The notes under the pieces are model-generated. The model made no database searches and was not told the DNA's origin. It was given only the letters and a program-made list of their open reading frames with translations. From NCBI GenBank assembly GCA_034716895.1, contig JAYEKW010000114.1, positions 18,470-79,303 on the forward strand: 60,834 nt of DNA, written 5' to 3'. Positions 29,336-38,900 of the stretch are shown in pieces. Numbering within the stretch: position 1 is the stretch's first letter; every line of letters starts with the position of its first letter. Source of the DNA: Fidelibacterota bacterium. GTDB lineage: Bacteria > Fidelibacterota > UBA8477 > JABMPR01. The position numbers and the translations under genes are program-made.

Positions 29336-29970
29336 AAATTCCTCAATTCGAACTTTCAAGATATTTGTTGGAGGTAGTGACTGGAAGAGGATTTTGCATT
29401 TTCTGAGCATTGATCTTGCTTTTCTCCCGAGGTGCACAGTTCGATCCAATTCCTTACATTTTTTACGTGAGACGCACGTTCTTGCACCCACTGGTCTGAA
29501 TGAACGCATCAGGAAAGCGGTTTATCTTTCAAAGCAATGATCAAAAACACCTGAAATGAGCCTCTTTCCGCATAATATAGCTACGAGAGCCATAACCTTA
29601 TCAACATCATGAGATGTGACACTATTCTCAACATATTCGAAGAAAATATTTTATACCGACCCATTAGTCATGCTGTATCTACATAAATATCAGCTATTAA
29701 CACAACACCAGAAATTGCTTACCTTAGCAGATGCGCACAAATACCGCAAGAAGTAAATGATGACATATTGCAGACTGACTGGACAGTCACCATAATTACC
29801 TGTTTCCAGCCAAACTATAGCGACCTGCTGGGTATGCTAAAAGCACATGGCTACATCTCTCTGTCTGAGAGTTGCCACTCTTTTACGCTAGTGCAAATTT
29901 CTGCTCCTCACGAAACCACTGTGGATTCATGAGTCACCTCCTATCTTATTTGTCTCTAAAAACGAAGAGG

Positions 29971-31023
29971 ATGTCTCACCAAATGGTCAATTTTACGAAG
30001 ATACCCAAGATCGAACTCCACCTTCACCTGGAAGGAGCCATTCCGCTGGATACACTCTGGCAACTCATCAATAAATATGATCCAGTTTTAAGTAAAACAC
30101 TTACCCTTGAATCATTAAACTCAAAGTTTCAATACACAAACTTTCATCACTTCCTGCAGTTGTGGTCCTGGAAGAATACTTTTATCCGAGAACCTGACGA
30201 TTTCACTCATATTGCCCAGGCTGTTGCCCGGCAACTAAAGCATCAAAATATTATTTACGCGGAAGCATTTTTCTCTCCTCCTGATTTTGCTCATACTGGT
30301 TTGGACGTTTCGTTAATCAGCCAATCCATTCGTCAAGGTTTAGCAATGGTTGATGGCATCCATGTCAATCTCATTGCTGATCTCGTTCGGGGAAGTGACA
30401 CCGCCATGGCTGGCTTGATGCTTGATCAGGTGTTAGAGTTGAAAAACGAGGGTGTCATTGGTATAGGCCTTGGTGGTGATGAAGCAAAACATCCTCCCGG
30501 TCTATACAAAGGTATTTATACCAAAGCTAAACATCATGATCTACACACCACAGTCCACGCTGGTGAAGCCCTTGGACCGACCAGCATTTGGGAAGCTTTG
30601 ACTGAATTACATCCCGATCGTATTGGCCATGGTATCAGAGCAGTAGAGGATCCAAAACTTCTCGCCTACTTAAAAGACCACCGCATACCACTGGAAATCT
30701 GCCCCTTCTCCAATATTCGAACAGCTCTTTATCCCCATTATAGTGACCATCCCGTTCGTACACTCTACGATCTTGGCATCCCCATCTCTATCAATTCTGA
30801 TGATCCTGTTCTATTTCAAACATCCCTTGCAGCCGAATTTCAGGGACTTCGAGAGATCCACCGATTCACGGATCTGGAAATTCTACAGCTATTGCTTGAT
30901 GCAACAGACCAAAGTTTTGCTGATGATATCCAAAAGCTCTCCTTGAAAAAGCAGATTTTTAGTCACCCCCAGTGGTCTTCCCTGCCTGAAAATGACAAGC
31001 TCCGATCAACAAGCTTTACATGA
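29971..31023 (+). CDS. add: Adenosine deaminase
   Basis: ELHLHLEGA, TVHAGE and SINSDDP motifs. The ATG at 29971 is preceded by GAAGAGG. Confidence 0.9.
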   Translation: MSHQMVNFTKIPKIELHLHLEGAIPLDTLWQLINKYDPVLSKTLTLESLNSKFQYTNFHHFLQLWSWKNTFIREPDDFTHIAQAVARQLKHQNIIYAEAFFSPPDFAHTGLDVSLISQSIRQGLAMVDGIHVNLIADLVRGSDTAMAGLMLDQVLELKNEGVIGIGLGGDEAKHPPGLYKGIYTKAKHHDLHTTVHAGEALGPTSIWEALTELHPDRIGHGIRAVEDPKLLAYLKDHRIPLEICPFSNIRTALYPHYSDHPVRTLYDLGIPISINSDDPVLFQTSLAAEFQGLREIHRFTDLEILQLLLDATDQSFADDIQKLSLKKQIFSHPQWSSLPENDKLRSTSFT

Positions 31024-31112
31024 CCACTTGACGATTTAATCAGTTAACCCTCAATTACCGTTTATATTGACACATACTTACTGATACGAATATTAAAGAG
31101 GATCTACGCTGA

Positions 31113-32018
31113 ATGAACACAATTGCTCTTCAAAATATCACCAAAAGCTTCAACGGCTTTATAGCGGTTGATGACCTGTCACTAGAAGTGCCCGCTGGTA
31201 GTATTTATGGCTTTATTGGACCAAACGGTTCCGGGAAAACAACTACCATTCGCATGATGATGAATATTTTTTATCCTGATTCAGGCTCAATTAAAGTTTT
31301 TGGGGAACCTCGTACTGACACACACACCGACCGTATTGGATATCTGCCTGAAGAACGTGGTCTCTATAAGAAGATGAAAATCCGGGATTTGCTCAAGTTT
31401 TACTGTGAATTAAAGGTAGGACGAGCAGAAACAGGCGAGATCGATCAATGGCTGGAAAAAATGGATTTAAGTGACTGGGCCAACAAGAAGGTGGATACCC
31501 TGAGCAAGGGGATGAGTCAAAAGGTCCAGTTTATCGCTACTGTCATTTCCAAGCCAGATCTGATCATTCTCGATGAGCCCTTCAGCGGTCTCGATCCTGT
31601 CAATACCAACAACTTGCTATCCGCCATGCTGGATCTGCAGAAGCAGGGTGCCACCATCATTTTTTCAACCCATGATATGGGCACTGCTGAGAAGGTTTGT
31701 GACTATATCTTCATGATCCATAAAGGGAAAAAGGTGCTGGATGGTACACTGGAAGAGATTCAGAACACCTATGGATCAGACACTTTAAAGATACGTTGCG
31801 AGGATAAAACCAGGGGACTGGACACAATCACGGGCGTTGAAAAAGTGCATGATTTCGGACAGATCCAGGAACTGAGACTCGCGCCAGATTTTGATCACCA
31901 GGTCATTCTAAAAGAAATTATGAAATCCAACACATTATTGAGCTTCGAGATCATGAAGCCCTCACTGCACGATATTTTCATCCGGATTGCCGGCGCAAAG
32001 GAGGTCGCAAATGTATAA
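31113..32018 (+). CDS. ABC transporter ATP-binding protein (ABC-2/NatA-like)
   Basis: Walker A GPNGSGKTT, signature LSKGMSQK, Walker B ILDEPFSGLD. Confidence 0.9.
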   Translation: MNTIALQNITKSFNGFIAVDDLSLEVPAGSIYGFIGPNGSGKTTTIRMMMNIFYPDSGSIKVFGEPRTDTHTDRIGYLPEERGLYKKMKIRDLLKFYCELKVGRAETGEIDQWLEKMDLSDWANKKVDTLSKGMSQKVQFIATVISKPDLIILDEPFSGLDPVNTNNLLSAMLDLQKQGATIIFSTHDMGTAEKVCDYIFMIHKGKKVLDGTLEEIQNTYGSDTLKIRCEDKTRGLDTITGVEKVHDFGQIQELRLAPDFDHQVILKEIMKSNTLLSFEIMKPSLHDIFIRIAGAKEVANV

Positions 32019-33321
32019 GATCTGGCGTCTGGCTTTACGTGAGTATATCGCTGCTGTTAAAACCAAGGGGTTTATCATCGGCCTGGTCATGCTACCCATA
32101 TTTATGAGTGGCAGTATCATTGCCATGGCGCTACTAAAAGACCATGTTGACACGCGTACAAGACATGTTGTGGTTATTGATGAGACCCATCAATTGGGGC
32201 ATATTCTGGTTGCAGCGGCAGAACAACGCAATGAGACGGCCATTTTTGATGAGGAAAATGGTGAACAGAACCAACCTGAGTATCTGATCGAACTGCAGCA
32301 GGTCGAATCCGATCTGACCCTCCAGATGAGTCAACTCTCTGACCGGATCCGTGATGCCGAAATTCACGCGTTCCTACATATTGGAGCATCAGCAATACAT
32401 CCTGGGGTTGATCCGGAAAACTCTCAGATCAACTATCATTCTGAAAGTGCAGCTTTGGATGATGTCCGGCGCTGGATCCGTGGTCCAATTAATGATCATC
32501 TCCGACGATTACGCCTGGAGCAGGCCGGAATAGAAGAATCCCAGATCCCCGATCTGTTTAATTGGGCAAATATTAGCCCCCAGGGCTTACTGACTGTAGA
32601 TCAAGACGGAAACATTATTGATGCTGTTGCCAGCAATGAATTACAATCAATTGCAATCCCGCTGGTAATGGTCATGCTTATGTTCATGATGTCCATGATG
32701 GGAGCCATGCCCCAGTTAAGTGCCGTTATGGAAGAGAAAACTCAGCGGATCGTTGAGGTCATCCTGGGTTCTATCACGCCCTTTCAATTCATGTTGGGCA
32801 AAATTCTTGGAGGCCTGGCCGTGGCGTTAACCAGCACACTAGTCTATGTTGGTGGTGGCGTTCTGTTTATGAAATATCGTGGTTTTGATGCCTTTATTCC
32901 CTATGATATCCTGCCCTGGTTCTTCGTAAATCTGGTCATCCTTTTATTTATGCTTGGTGCTTTAATGACCAGTTTAGGATCTGTGGCGAATGATGCTAAA
33001 GATGCCCAATCACTGTCTTTTCCAGCCATGTTTCCCATGATGATCCCCATGTTTGTCATGTTTCCAGTCCTTAAGGAACCCTTATCGACCTTCGCCACCT
33101 GGCTTTCACTTATACCGCCTTTCACACCCATGGTAATGGTTTTACGATTGGCAACTCCGGTGACTATCCCTGCCTGGCAACCCTGGGTCGGCTTGATCGG
33201 TGTGATAATGTTTACCTTGCTGGTCGTCTGGGGCGGCTCCCGCATCTTTCGGGCTGCCATCCTGATGCAGGGGGTTCCTCTCAAATTTTCAAATATTATG
33301 CGCTGGATGACCAGGGGATAG
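32011..33321 (+). CDS. ABC-2 family permease (NatB-like)
   Basis: The ATG at 32011 overlaps the upstream stop (ATGTATAA) and follows AAGGAGG. One N-terminal TM segment, a large external loop, and 5 C-terminal TM segments. Confidence 0.8.
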   Translation: MYKIWRLALREYIAAVKTKGFIIGLVMLPIFMSGSIIAMALLKDHVDTRTRHVVVIDETHQLGHILVAAAEQRNETAIFDEENGEQNQPEYLIELQQVESDLTLQMSQLSDRIRDAEIHAFLHIGASAIHPGVDPENSQINYHSESAALDDVRRWIRGPINDHLRRLRLEQAGIEESQIPDLFNWANISPQGLLTVDQDGNIIDAVASNELQSIAIPLVMVMLMFMMSMMGAMPQLSAVMEEKTQRIVEVILGSITPFQFMLGKILGGLAVALTSTLVYVGGGVLFMKYRGFDAFIPYDILPWFFVNLVILLFMLGALMTSLGSVANDAKDAQSLSFPAMFPMMIPMFVMFPVLKEPLSTFATWLSLIPPFTPMVMVLRLATPVTIPAWQPWVGLIGVIMFTLLVVWGGSRIFRAAILMQGVPLKFSNIMRWMTRG

Positions 33322-33407
33322 TGGCAAATATTGAAATGTACTTTTTATTTAATTTGTGATACTTTGTGACTGCATGCCTTTGTGGCAACCTATAGGAGAT
33401 TAATGCT

Positions 33408-33944
33408 ATGACTGAAAAATCGATGATCAATTGGTCCAAAGAGGGCGCTGTTCCTCGTAGTTATGGATTTCAATTCAGCCCTAAACTCTTTGGTAAGTGG
33501 AGGCGCAAAGGATTCTGGAGCCCTGATGGTTCGGCCGAAGTAGGAAGTCGTAAGCTCCGTTTTAGGTCAAATGGAAAAGCCAACATGCATCTGACGATTT
33601 TTGATCGTGTCTCTGAGAAAGAATTGGGGCATCTTGATTTTCACTGGAAGGATTTCCAACGTAGTAAACTGGAACTATCCAGTGGCAGCATTTATTATTT
33701 CAGGTCTTTCGATCTGATCCGGGGGGCTTGGAGTTGGATCAAAGAGGATGCTCCCAATGAACAGTTTGTTTTCCGGATTGACAGCCCCCTCCAGCGCTCA
33801 GGAACCATCGAAAATCAAGCAAAAGATCTCTCTGCTGAGGAACGCGACATTTTGCTACTGCTGGGGCTGAATCTCACTCAATACTTCAACACCTGGTTGA
33901 TGACCATCATTCTTGTGATCCTAGGATTACTTACGGGGCGCTAG
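33408..33944 (+). CDS. Hypothetical protein with a single C-terminal TM helix
   Basis: 178-aa ORF with balanced composition and AGGAG upstream. I recognise no family. Confidence 0.45.
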   Translation: MTEKSMINWSKEGAVPRSYGFQFSPKLFGKWRRKGFWSPDGSAEVGSRKLRFRSNGKANMHLTIFDRVSEKELGHLDFHWKDFQRSKLELSSGSIYYFRSFDLIRGAWSWIKEDAPNEQFVFRIDSPLQRSGTIENQAKDLSAEERDILLLLGLNLTQYFNTWLMTIILVILGLLTGR

Positions 33945-35330
33945 TTTCATTCCCCAATCAACAGCATAAACCACGATCATATTGGTCAATACTGAAAAAC
34001 CTATAAACCAGGTCCAGGCTAACCCAGCTTCTTTTAAGACAAATACGATCAGCATAGAAGCAACCAGGCCTGCAATAAGACTGGCTTGTGAGAAGTCTCT
34101 GTCAATCTTGGTCAGTAAAAATAATCCCAATAGTCCACCGTAAGTAAACGATGCGATCTGCAAGCCCATCACCACAATAGACTTATCTGACTCATCAAAG
34201 ACCAGGGCAATTCCAATTAAAACGATAGCCCACGCCAGACTTATCAACCGAGAGGTCTTAATGGTTACAGCCTTGCCGATCCAATCAGTTGCCGTAGAGG
34301 AGGCCAGGGAGTTTATTGATGAACTCAGGGTGGACATGGCTGCCGATAAAACTCCCGCAAGTAACAAACCTTTTAATCCTACCGGGAGCTCATTTACAAT
34401 AAATGTGGAGAACTCACGATCTTTCTCAATCTCAATACCTCCGAGATAGATATAGATCAGGGAGCCGGCCAGAAGGAAAACAGAAAACTGTAAAAAGACG
34501 AAGAAGCCACTGCCAATCATGGCCTTCCTGGCACCAGATAAGTCACGTACAGATAAAACTCTTTGAACCATCATATAGTCTGCCCCATGAGAAGCAAAGG
34601 ACAGCAGCATTCCTCCCAATACAGCAGAGAAGAGGAGCCAGGGGTCTGAAAAGAAATTCCATCCCCATCGTAATACATCAAGCTTTCCTTCTGAGCTTAG
34701 CTGGGAAAGCATATTGCCAAGACTTGCATCACTATGACCTAAAATATAGAATACAGCCACCAATCCCCCTCCGAGATAAAGAACAAACTGAAAACTGTCC
34801 ACCCAGACCACCGTTCGAATCCCACCCATGAGAGTGTAGATCACTGTCACAGCCCCAATAACCAGAACCGCAACCGGTAATGTCCAGCCCGTAACTACTT
34901 GCACAATAACAGCTGTGGCAAGAAAACGGATCCCGTCTGCCAAAATGCGGGTGACGAGAAAAACGCCTGATGCTGTTTTTTGGATTCGAGCACCAAAACG
35001 CTCACCCAGCACCTCATAGATGGATGTGATTCCACTTTTGAAATAGGCAGGAAGTAGAAAAATGCTGACTAAAATTCGTCCTAAGATGTAACCCAGTGCC
35101 AGTTGGAGAAAAAACCAATCATCTCGATAAGCTAGACCCGGAATGCTAATGAAGGTGAGAACCGACGTTTCTGTCGCCACAATAGAAAGCATGGCCGCCC
35201 ACCAGGGCATATCCCGTCCTGCCAAAAAATAATCTTCCGAGGTTTTGTTAAATCGACTATTATAAAGCCCGTAGGCAGAAATTCCCACCAGGAAAATGAT
35301 GATGATACTAAAGTCCAGGGTTGATAACAT
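33927..35330 (-). CDS. Sodium:solute symporter family transporter
   Basis: 467 aa with about 13 TM segments. The N-terminal YFLAGRDMPWW block is typical of SSF proteins. Confidence 0.8.
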   Translation of the reverse strand: MLSTLDFSIIIIFLVGISAYGLYNSRFNKTSEDYFLAGRDMPWWAAMLSIVATETSVLTFISIPGLAYRDDWFFLQLALGYILGRILVSIFLLPAYFKSGITSIYEVLGERFGARIQKTASGVFLVTRILADGIRFLATAVIVQVVTGWTLPVAVLVIGAVTVIYTLMGGIRTVVWVDSFQFVLYLGGGLVAVFYILGHSDASLGNMLSQLSSEGKLDVLRWGWNFFSDPWLLFSAVLGGMLLSFASHGADYMMVQRVLSVRDLSGARKAMIGSGFFVFLQFSVFLLAGSLIYIYLGGIEIEKDREFSTFIVNELPVGLKGLLLAGVLSAAMSTLSSSINSLASSTATDWIGKAVTIKTSRLISLAWAIVLIGIALVFDESDKSIVVMGLQIASFTYGGLLGLFLLTKIDRDFSQASLIAGLVASMLIVFVLKEAGLAWTWFIGFSVLTNMIVVYAVDWGMKLAPRK

Positions 35331-35342
35331 TGTTATTCCTCA

Positions 35343-35377
35343 GTTAGATGTTTGGGGTTAGAGGTTTGGGGGTGGTG
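35343..35377. repeat. Related G-rich 14-mer duplication (GTTAGAKGTTTGGG)x2 plus GGTGGTG in the 5' leader of the symporter gene
   Basis: Read directly from the sequence. It lies 13-47 nt upstream of the minus-strand start at 35330. Confidence 0.85.
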
Positions 35378-35543
35378 TGAATATCGAGCACCGATAAACA
35401 ATTGAAGAACGCCGAAGTAATAGCCTCTTCTTTATTCAAAGTCAATTAATCCTTGCTCGTATATCTAGACCCCTTCTATTGACAAGTGTTCTTTTCTTAG
35501 CGCATTATTAATATCAAACACTCATTTGACGAACGCTGAATTT

Positions 35544-35567
35544 CTTCAATCTTCAATCTTCAATCTT
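35544..35567. repeat. (CTTCAAT)n heptamer array, left part; it continues at 35717-35733 on the other side of MITE copy 1
   Basis: Removing the element and one target duplication restores an uninterrupted (CTTCAAT)x5 array. That array also encodes the last residues (LKIED) and the stop codon of aroQ. Confidence 0.9.
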
Positions 35568-35716
35568 GACGAAACCGCAAAAAGTAATATAAAAATCACC
35601 AAATACGCCCTAACTCATTTAATATTAACCATATAACGCAAATGCTGCTAAATCCATAAATATCAATACTCTGCGCCTCTGCGTGCTCTGCGAGAGGTAG
35701 TTTTTGCGAGACCATC
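35568..35716 (+). mobile_element. MITE-like non-autonomous element, copy 1
   Basis: Starts GACGAAACCGCAAAAAGT and ends TTTTTGCGAGACCATC. Flanked by the 6-bp direct repeat AATCTT (35562-35567 and 35717-35722). Homologous to the copies at 36253 and 60000. Confidence 0.75.
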
Positions 35717-36185
35717 AATCTTCAATCTTCAATCCGAAATATTCCAGTGCTTCCAGATATGATTCGACTTGTTTACCATAGAACTGGGCAACGCAGACCT
35801 CTTTCGTTACGGAAATTTTGCGGAAGTCTTCCCGGTCATAAATATTGGAAAGATGCACCTCTACCACAGGCGTTCTGATGGCTTCGATGGCATCTCGAAT
35901 AGCGTAGGAATAATGGGTGAAGGCACCGGGATTTATAATAATGCCATCCGCCCATTTCCGGCGTCGATGCAGGAGATCAATGATGCGACCTTCATGGTTG
36001 GTCTGAATAATCCGGGTTTCCAAGTTCAGTTCACGGGACTTTTTGCGGATGGCGGTATTTACTTTATCCAAGGTTAACGTGCCGTATTGCTCAGGGTCAC
36101 GGGAACCCAATAAGTTCAGGTTGGGACCATGGATGATGAATATCTTTGGCTTATCGCTTCGCTTTGCTTCTGCTTGTTTTGACAT
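35715..36185 (-). CDS. aroQ: Type II 3-dehydroquinate dehydratase
   Basis: IIHGPNLNLLGSRDPEQYG and EVHLSNIYDREDFR. Confidence 0.95.
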   Translation of the reverse strand: MSKQAEAKRSDKPKIFIIHGPNLNLLGSRDPEQYGTLTLDKVNTAIRKKSRELNLETRIIQTNHEGRIIDLLHRRRKWADGIIINPGAFTHYSYAIRDAIEAIRTPVVEVHLSNIYDREDFRKISVTKEVCVAQFYGKQVESYLEALEYFGLKIED

Positions 36186-36252
36186 GGCTCAATCTAAACG
36201 GTGTGACCGAGTCCTGCAATCAGATGTACCCACTTATGAATAATACAATTTT

Positions 36253-36386
36253 GCACGAAACCGCTAGAAGTATCTGAGAATTCATGAAATGTGCCCTAAA
36301 ACCATTAAATACAACCACATATAATGAACAAGCCTAAATTCCTATATATCAACACTTTGCGTCTCTGCGCTTTTTGCGAGGGCGTC
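36253..36386 (+). mobile_element. MITE-like non-autonomous element, copy 2
   Basis: Starts GCACGAAACCGCTAGAAGT and ends CTTTTTGCGAGGGCGTC. Flanked by the 6-bp direct repeat AATTTT (36247-36252 and 36387-36392). Confidence 0.75.
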
Positions 36387-36464
36387 AATTTTGCACAAAG
36401 GTCATTATGTGTTGGTCTTGTTCCTGCCCTTTAGTTATTTTTCAACAACGCTAAAAAGGACACC

Positions 36465-37856
36465 ATGAAAAAACTTCTTCTCCTGCTCTTAAGCCATGTA
36501 TTGCTATTAAATTCATTATCTGCCCAAAACGATCTTTGGGAACATGACAGCCTACGTTACAAAATTGGTCAAATGATCATCTTCGGCTTCTCGGGGGAAA
36601 CAACCCCTCAAGTAGTTCTGGATGAAATTACTGAATACAATGTGGGCGGAGTGCTACTTTATCGGGTCTATGGTAATATTGAAAATGCGAGTCAGGCATC
36701 TCAGCTTGTCTCTGAACTTCAGGCTAACGCCCTGATACCTCTCTTTATAGCTACTGATCAGGAAGGCGGTTCAGTAACAAATCTGAGGCTCTCAAATGGC
36801 TTCCATAATTCGCCAAGCGCCTATGAGCTGGGTCAGCAAAACGATGAAACAACTACACGTGAGGTAGCCTCGATGTTCAGTTCCTGGTTCAACGACATTG
36901 GGCTTAACACCAATTTTGCCCCGGTGGTTGATCTACGCTTGAATCCGGGAAATGTCATTGGTGATCGTAGCTATGGTGCCGACCCGAATATCGTCACTCA
37001 GAACGCCTATTGGTTTATGGATGAATTCCACCAGAATGATCAACTCACTGCCCTTAAGCATTTTCCCGGACACGGTAGTTCCGTTGGTGACAGTCATCTG
37101 GGCTTTACGGATATAACCGACACCTGGCAGGAGATCGAACTGGAGCCCTATTACTCACTCATGGATTCCGGCTGCGTGGATATGATTATGAGCGCCCATG
37201 TTTTCAACACAGATTTTGACCCTCTCTATCCAGCGACTCTCTCGGCGGCCACGATCAACGGCCTGTTGCGGGAAACCATGGGCTACAATGGCGTCGTCGT
37301 GACTGATGCCATGATGATGGGTGCCATTACCCAGAACTATGGCTTGACCGAGGCTGTCACCCTGGCTATCAATGCCGGTGTAGATATTTTACTCTATAAC
37401 TGGGATGATGATCTGGATGGACACCGGCTTGTGCCCCTGCTGGTGGAACATATCACGACTCAGGTACTGAGTGAGACTATTCCCCGTTTTCGAATAGAAG
37501 AATCATATCAACGAATTCTTAATCTGAAAAGTCGTTTAAATCCGGAGACAGCAATTTGGAATCCCCAACCCGCTCAACCACAGATCACCATGTTCAATTA
37601 CCCCAACCCTTTTAACCCCAGCACCACCCTGAATTATACTTTGGAGCGGGATATGAAAGTCACGATCACTATTCTTGATGTCCGGGGAAGGGTCGTCACC
37701 TCGATCCAGAACAGGCAGCTGCAAAGGGCCGGCAATTACGAGCTAAGTTGGAATGGAACAGGTGATCACGGGGGACAGCAATCCAGCGGGATCTATTTCT
37801 TCAATATTCAAGGTCCTGGTTTCAACCGGTCTCTTAAGATTGTGAAGCTGGGTTAG
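36465..37856 (+). CDS. Glycoside hydrolase family 3 (beta-N-acetylhexosaminidase/NagZ-like) with a T9SS/FlgD-type C-terminal sorting domain
   Basis: Signal peptide, KHFPGHG and VVTDAMMMGA motifs, and a C-terminal FNYPNPFNPSTTLNY...GIYFFNI module. Confidence 0.85.
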   Translation: MKKLLLLLLSHVLLLNSLSAQNDLWEHDSLRYKIGQMIIFGFSGETTPQVVLDEITEYNVGGVLLYRVYGNIENASQASQLVSELQANALIPLFIATDQEGGSVTNLRLSNGFHNSPSAYELGQQNDETTTREVASMFSSWFNDIGLNTNFAPVVDLRLNPGNVIGDRSYGADPNIVTQNAYWFMDEFHQNDQLTALKHFPGHGSSVGDSHLGFTDITDTWQEIELEPYYSLMDSGCVDMIMSAHVFNTDFDPLYPATLSAATINGLLRETMGYNGVVVTDAMMMGAITQNYGLTEAVTLAINAGVDILLYNWDDDLDGHRLVPLLVEHITTQVLSETIPRFRIEESYQRILNLKSRLNPETAIWNPQPAQPQITMFNYPNPFNPSTTLNYTLERDMKVTITILDVRGRVVTSIQNRQLQRAGNYELSWNGTGDHGGQQSSGIYFFNIQGPGFNRSLKIVKLG

Positions 37857-37898
37857 ATGGTTTATACCAAATGCAGTTTCAAACTGAAAACAATTTGC

Positions 37899-38636
37899 TT
37901 AACTCTCAGCTACCAGCACAGCCTCTTCTATGATCAGGTCATACTTGTAACCAGCGCCAAAATCTTTTTTCAGGGTCACTTTCCCTTTAAAAACCACTAC
38001 ATCACCCACTTTAACCGGATCCATGGTGGTGATGGTCACATCAAAATATTCACCTGAGCTGGTGCCATCCTGCAAATGAACCCAATTACGACCCATGATC
38101 TTGCTGTTAAACTTTGTTACTTCACCACGCACGCTCACGGTTTTACCTTCAAATGCTGACATATCAGCATAGAGTTCCTGGATCGATACACCATCGGTCA
38201 CCTTTTCGACAGAGATACTTTCAGTTCTTACGTTTGGATGATTGCCGCTGGGAGAAGTTGAACTCGTACTTCGCGCCATACTACCGGCACCGTCCATTTG
38301 ACCCACAAACCAAATACTCTCGAAATCTCGTTCCAGTTCCTTGCTTGTAAAGTTTTTCATCTCCAGACCTTGCCCATAATGAAGAGTCTGACCTTCTTCA
38401 ATGATCTGTTTGGATGTAGCGATCCAATATTCCTGACTGCCCTCTGTCACTCTTAAATAAGTGTACGATTTGGCCTGAATCACTTCTTCCACTTTGACCT
38501 GATGATTATTTGAAGCAGTCTGATGAGGAGTAGCTGTTGATTGACTTTGTTCGGGAGCTTTCACTCTTTCTTTTGAATCACAGGCAACCAGTGTCACCAT
38601 GACCACACTACTAATTACTATAAAACTGAACCGCAT
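37899..38636 (-). CDS. Hypothetical lipoprotein with an OB-fold-like C-terminal module
   Basis: The likely start is MRFSFIVISSVVMVTLVAC (lipobox) at 38636; the longer ORF to 38714 is less likely. The C-terminal GKTVSVRGEVTKF...GRNWVHLQDGT block is OB-like. Confidence 0.6.
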   Translation of the reverse strand: MRFSFIVISSVVMVTLVACDSKERVKAPEQSQSTATPHQTASNNHQVKVEEVIQAKSYTYLRVTEGSQEYWIATSKQIIEEGQTLHYGQGLEMKNFTSKELERDFESIWFVGQMDGAGSMARSTSSTSPSGNHPNVRTESISVEKVTDGVSIQELYADMSAFEGKTVSVRGEVTKFNSKIMGRNWVHLQDGTSSGEYFDVTITTMDPVKVGDVVVFKGKVTLKKDFGAGYKYDLIIEEAVLVAES

Positions 38637-38900
38637 TTTATTCCCTTTCAATAATTTTAATGTCCCCGGATAATAGGATATTTCGACTCGGATATGAGGG
38701 TTATTTTTGGGCATTATTAAAGTGGCGGATAATAATGTTGGGCTATGTTCATAGAGAATCCCATGCGTACACCCCTGGAGAGTCTCAGGGAGACACGCTC
38801 AATATCCACCGGGCTAATATGAATTACTGCAGTTGTTATCACTCTCTCGCAAAGAAAGAGAAAAACCCTTAGAACCTTTGTGTCTTTGTGGCTCATGCAA

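Noticed and set aside
29336-29509. 58-codon N-terminal extension of the uvrA ORF (MRSFRPVGARTCVSRKKCKELDRT...)
   Set aside because: The conserved UvrA N-terminus begins at MHNEKLIVHGAREHNLKNI. The extension is Arg/Lys/Cys-rich and unlike UvrA proteins.
33927-33944. 18-nt convergent overlap between the 178-aa hypothetical gene and the symporter gene
   Set aside because: Short 3'-3' overlaps are common in compact genomes. There is no evidence of a functional antisense arrangement.
34800-34826. T-loop-like CGTTCGAATCCCACC suggesting a second tRNA
   Set aside because: The flanking bases cannot form a T stem or acceptor stem, and the site lies inside the well-supported symporter gene.
35524-35540. 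TTTGACGAACGCTGAA resembling a solo MITE terminus 28 nt left of copy 1
   Set aside because: Only about 11 nt are similar to the terminal repeat, with no partner end or duplication. This is insufficient to call a fourth element.
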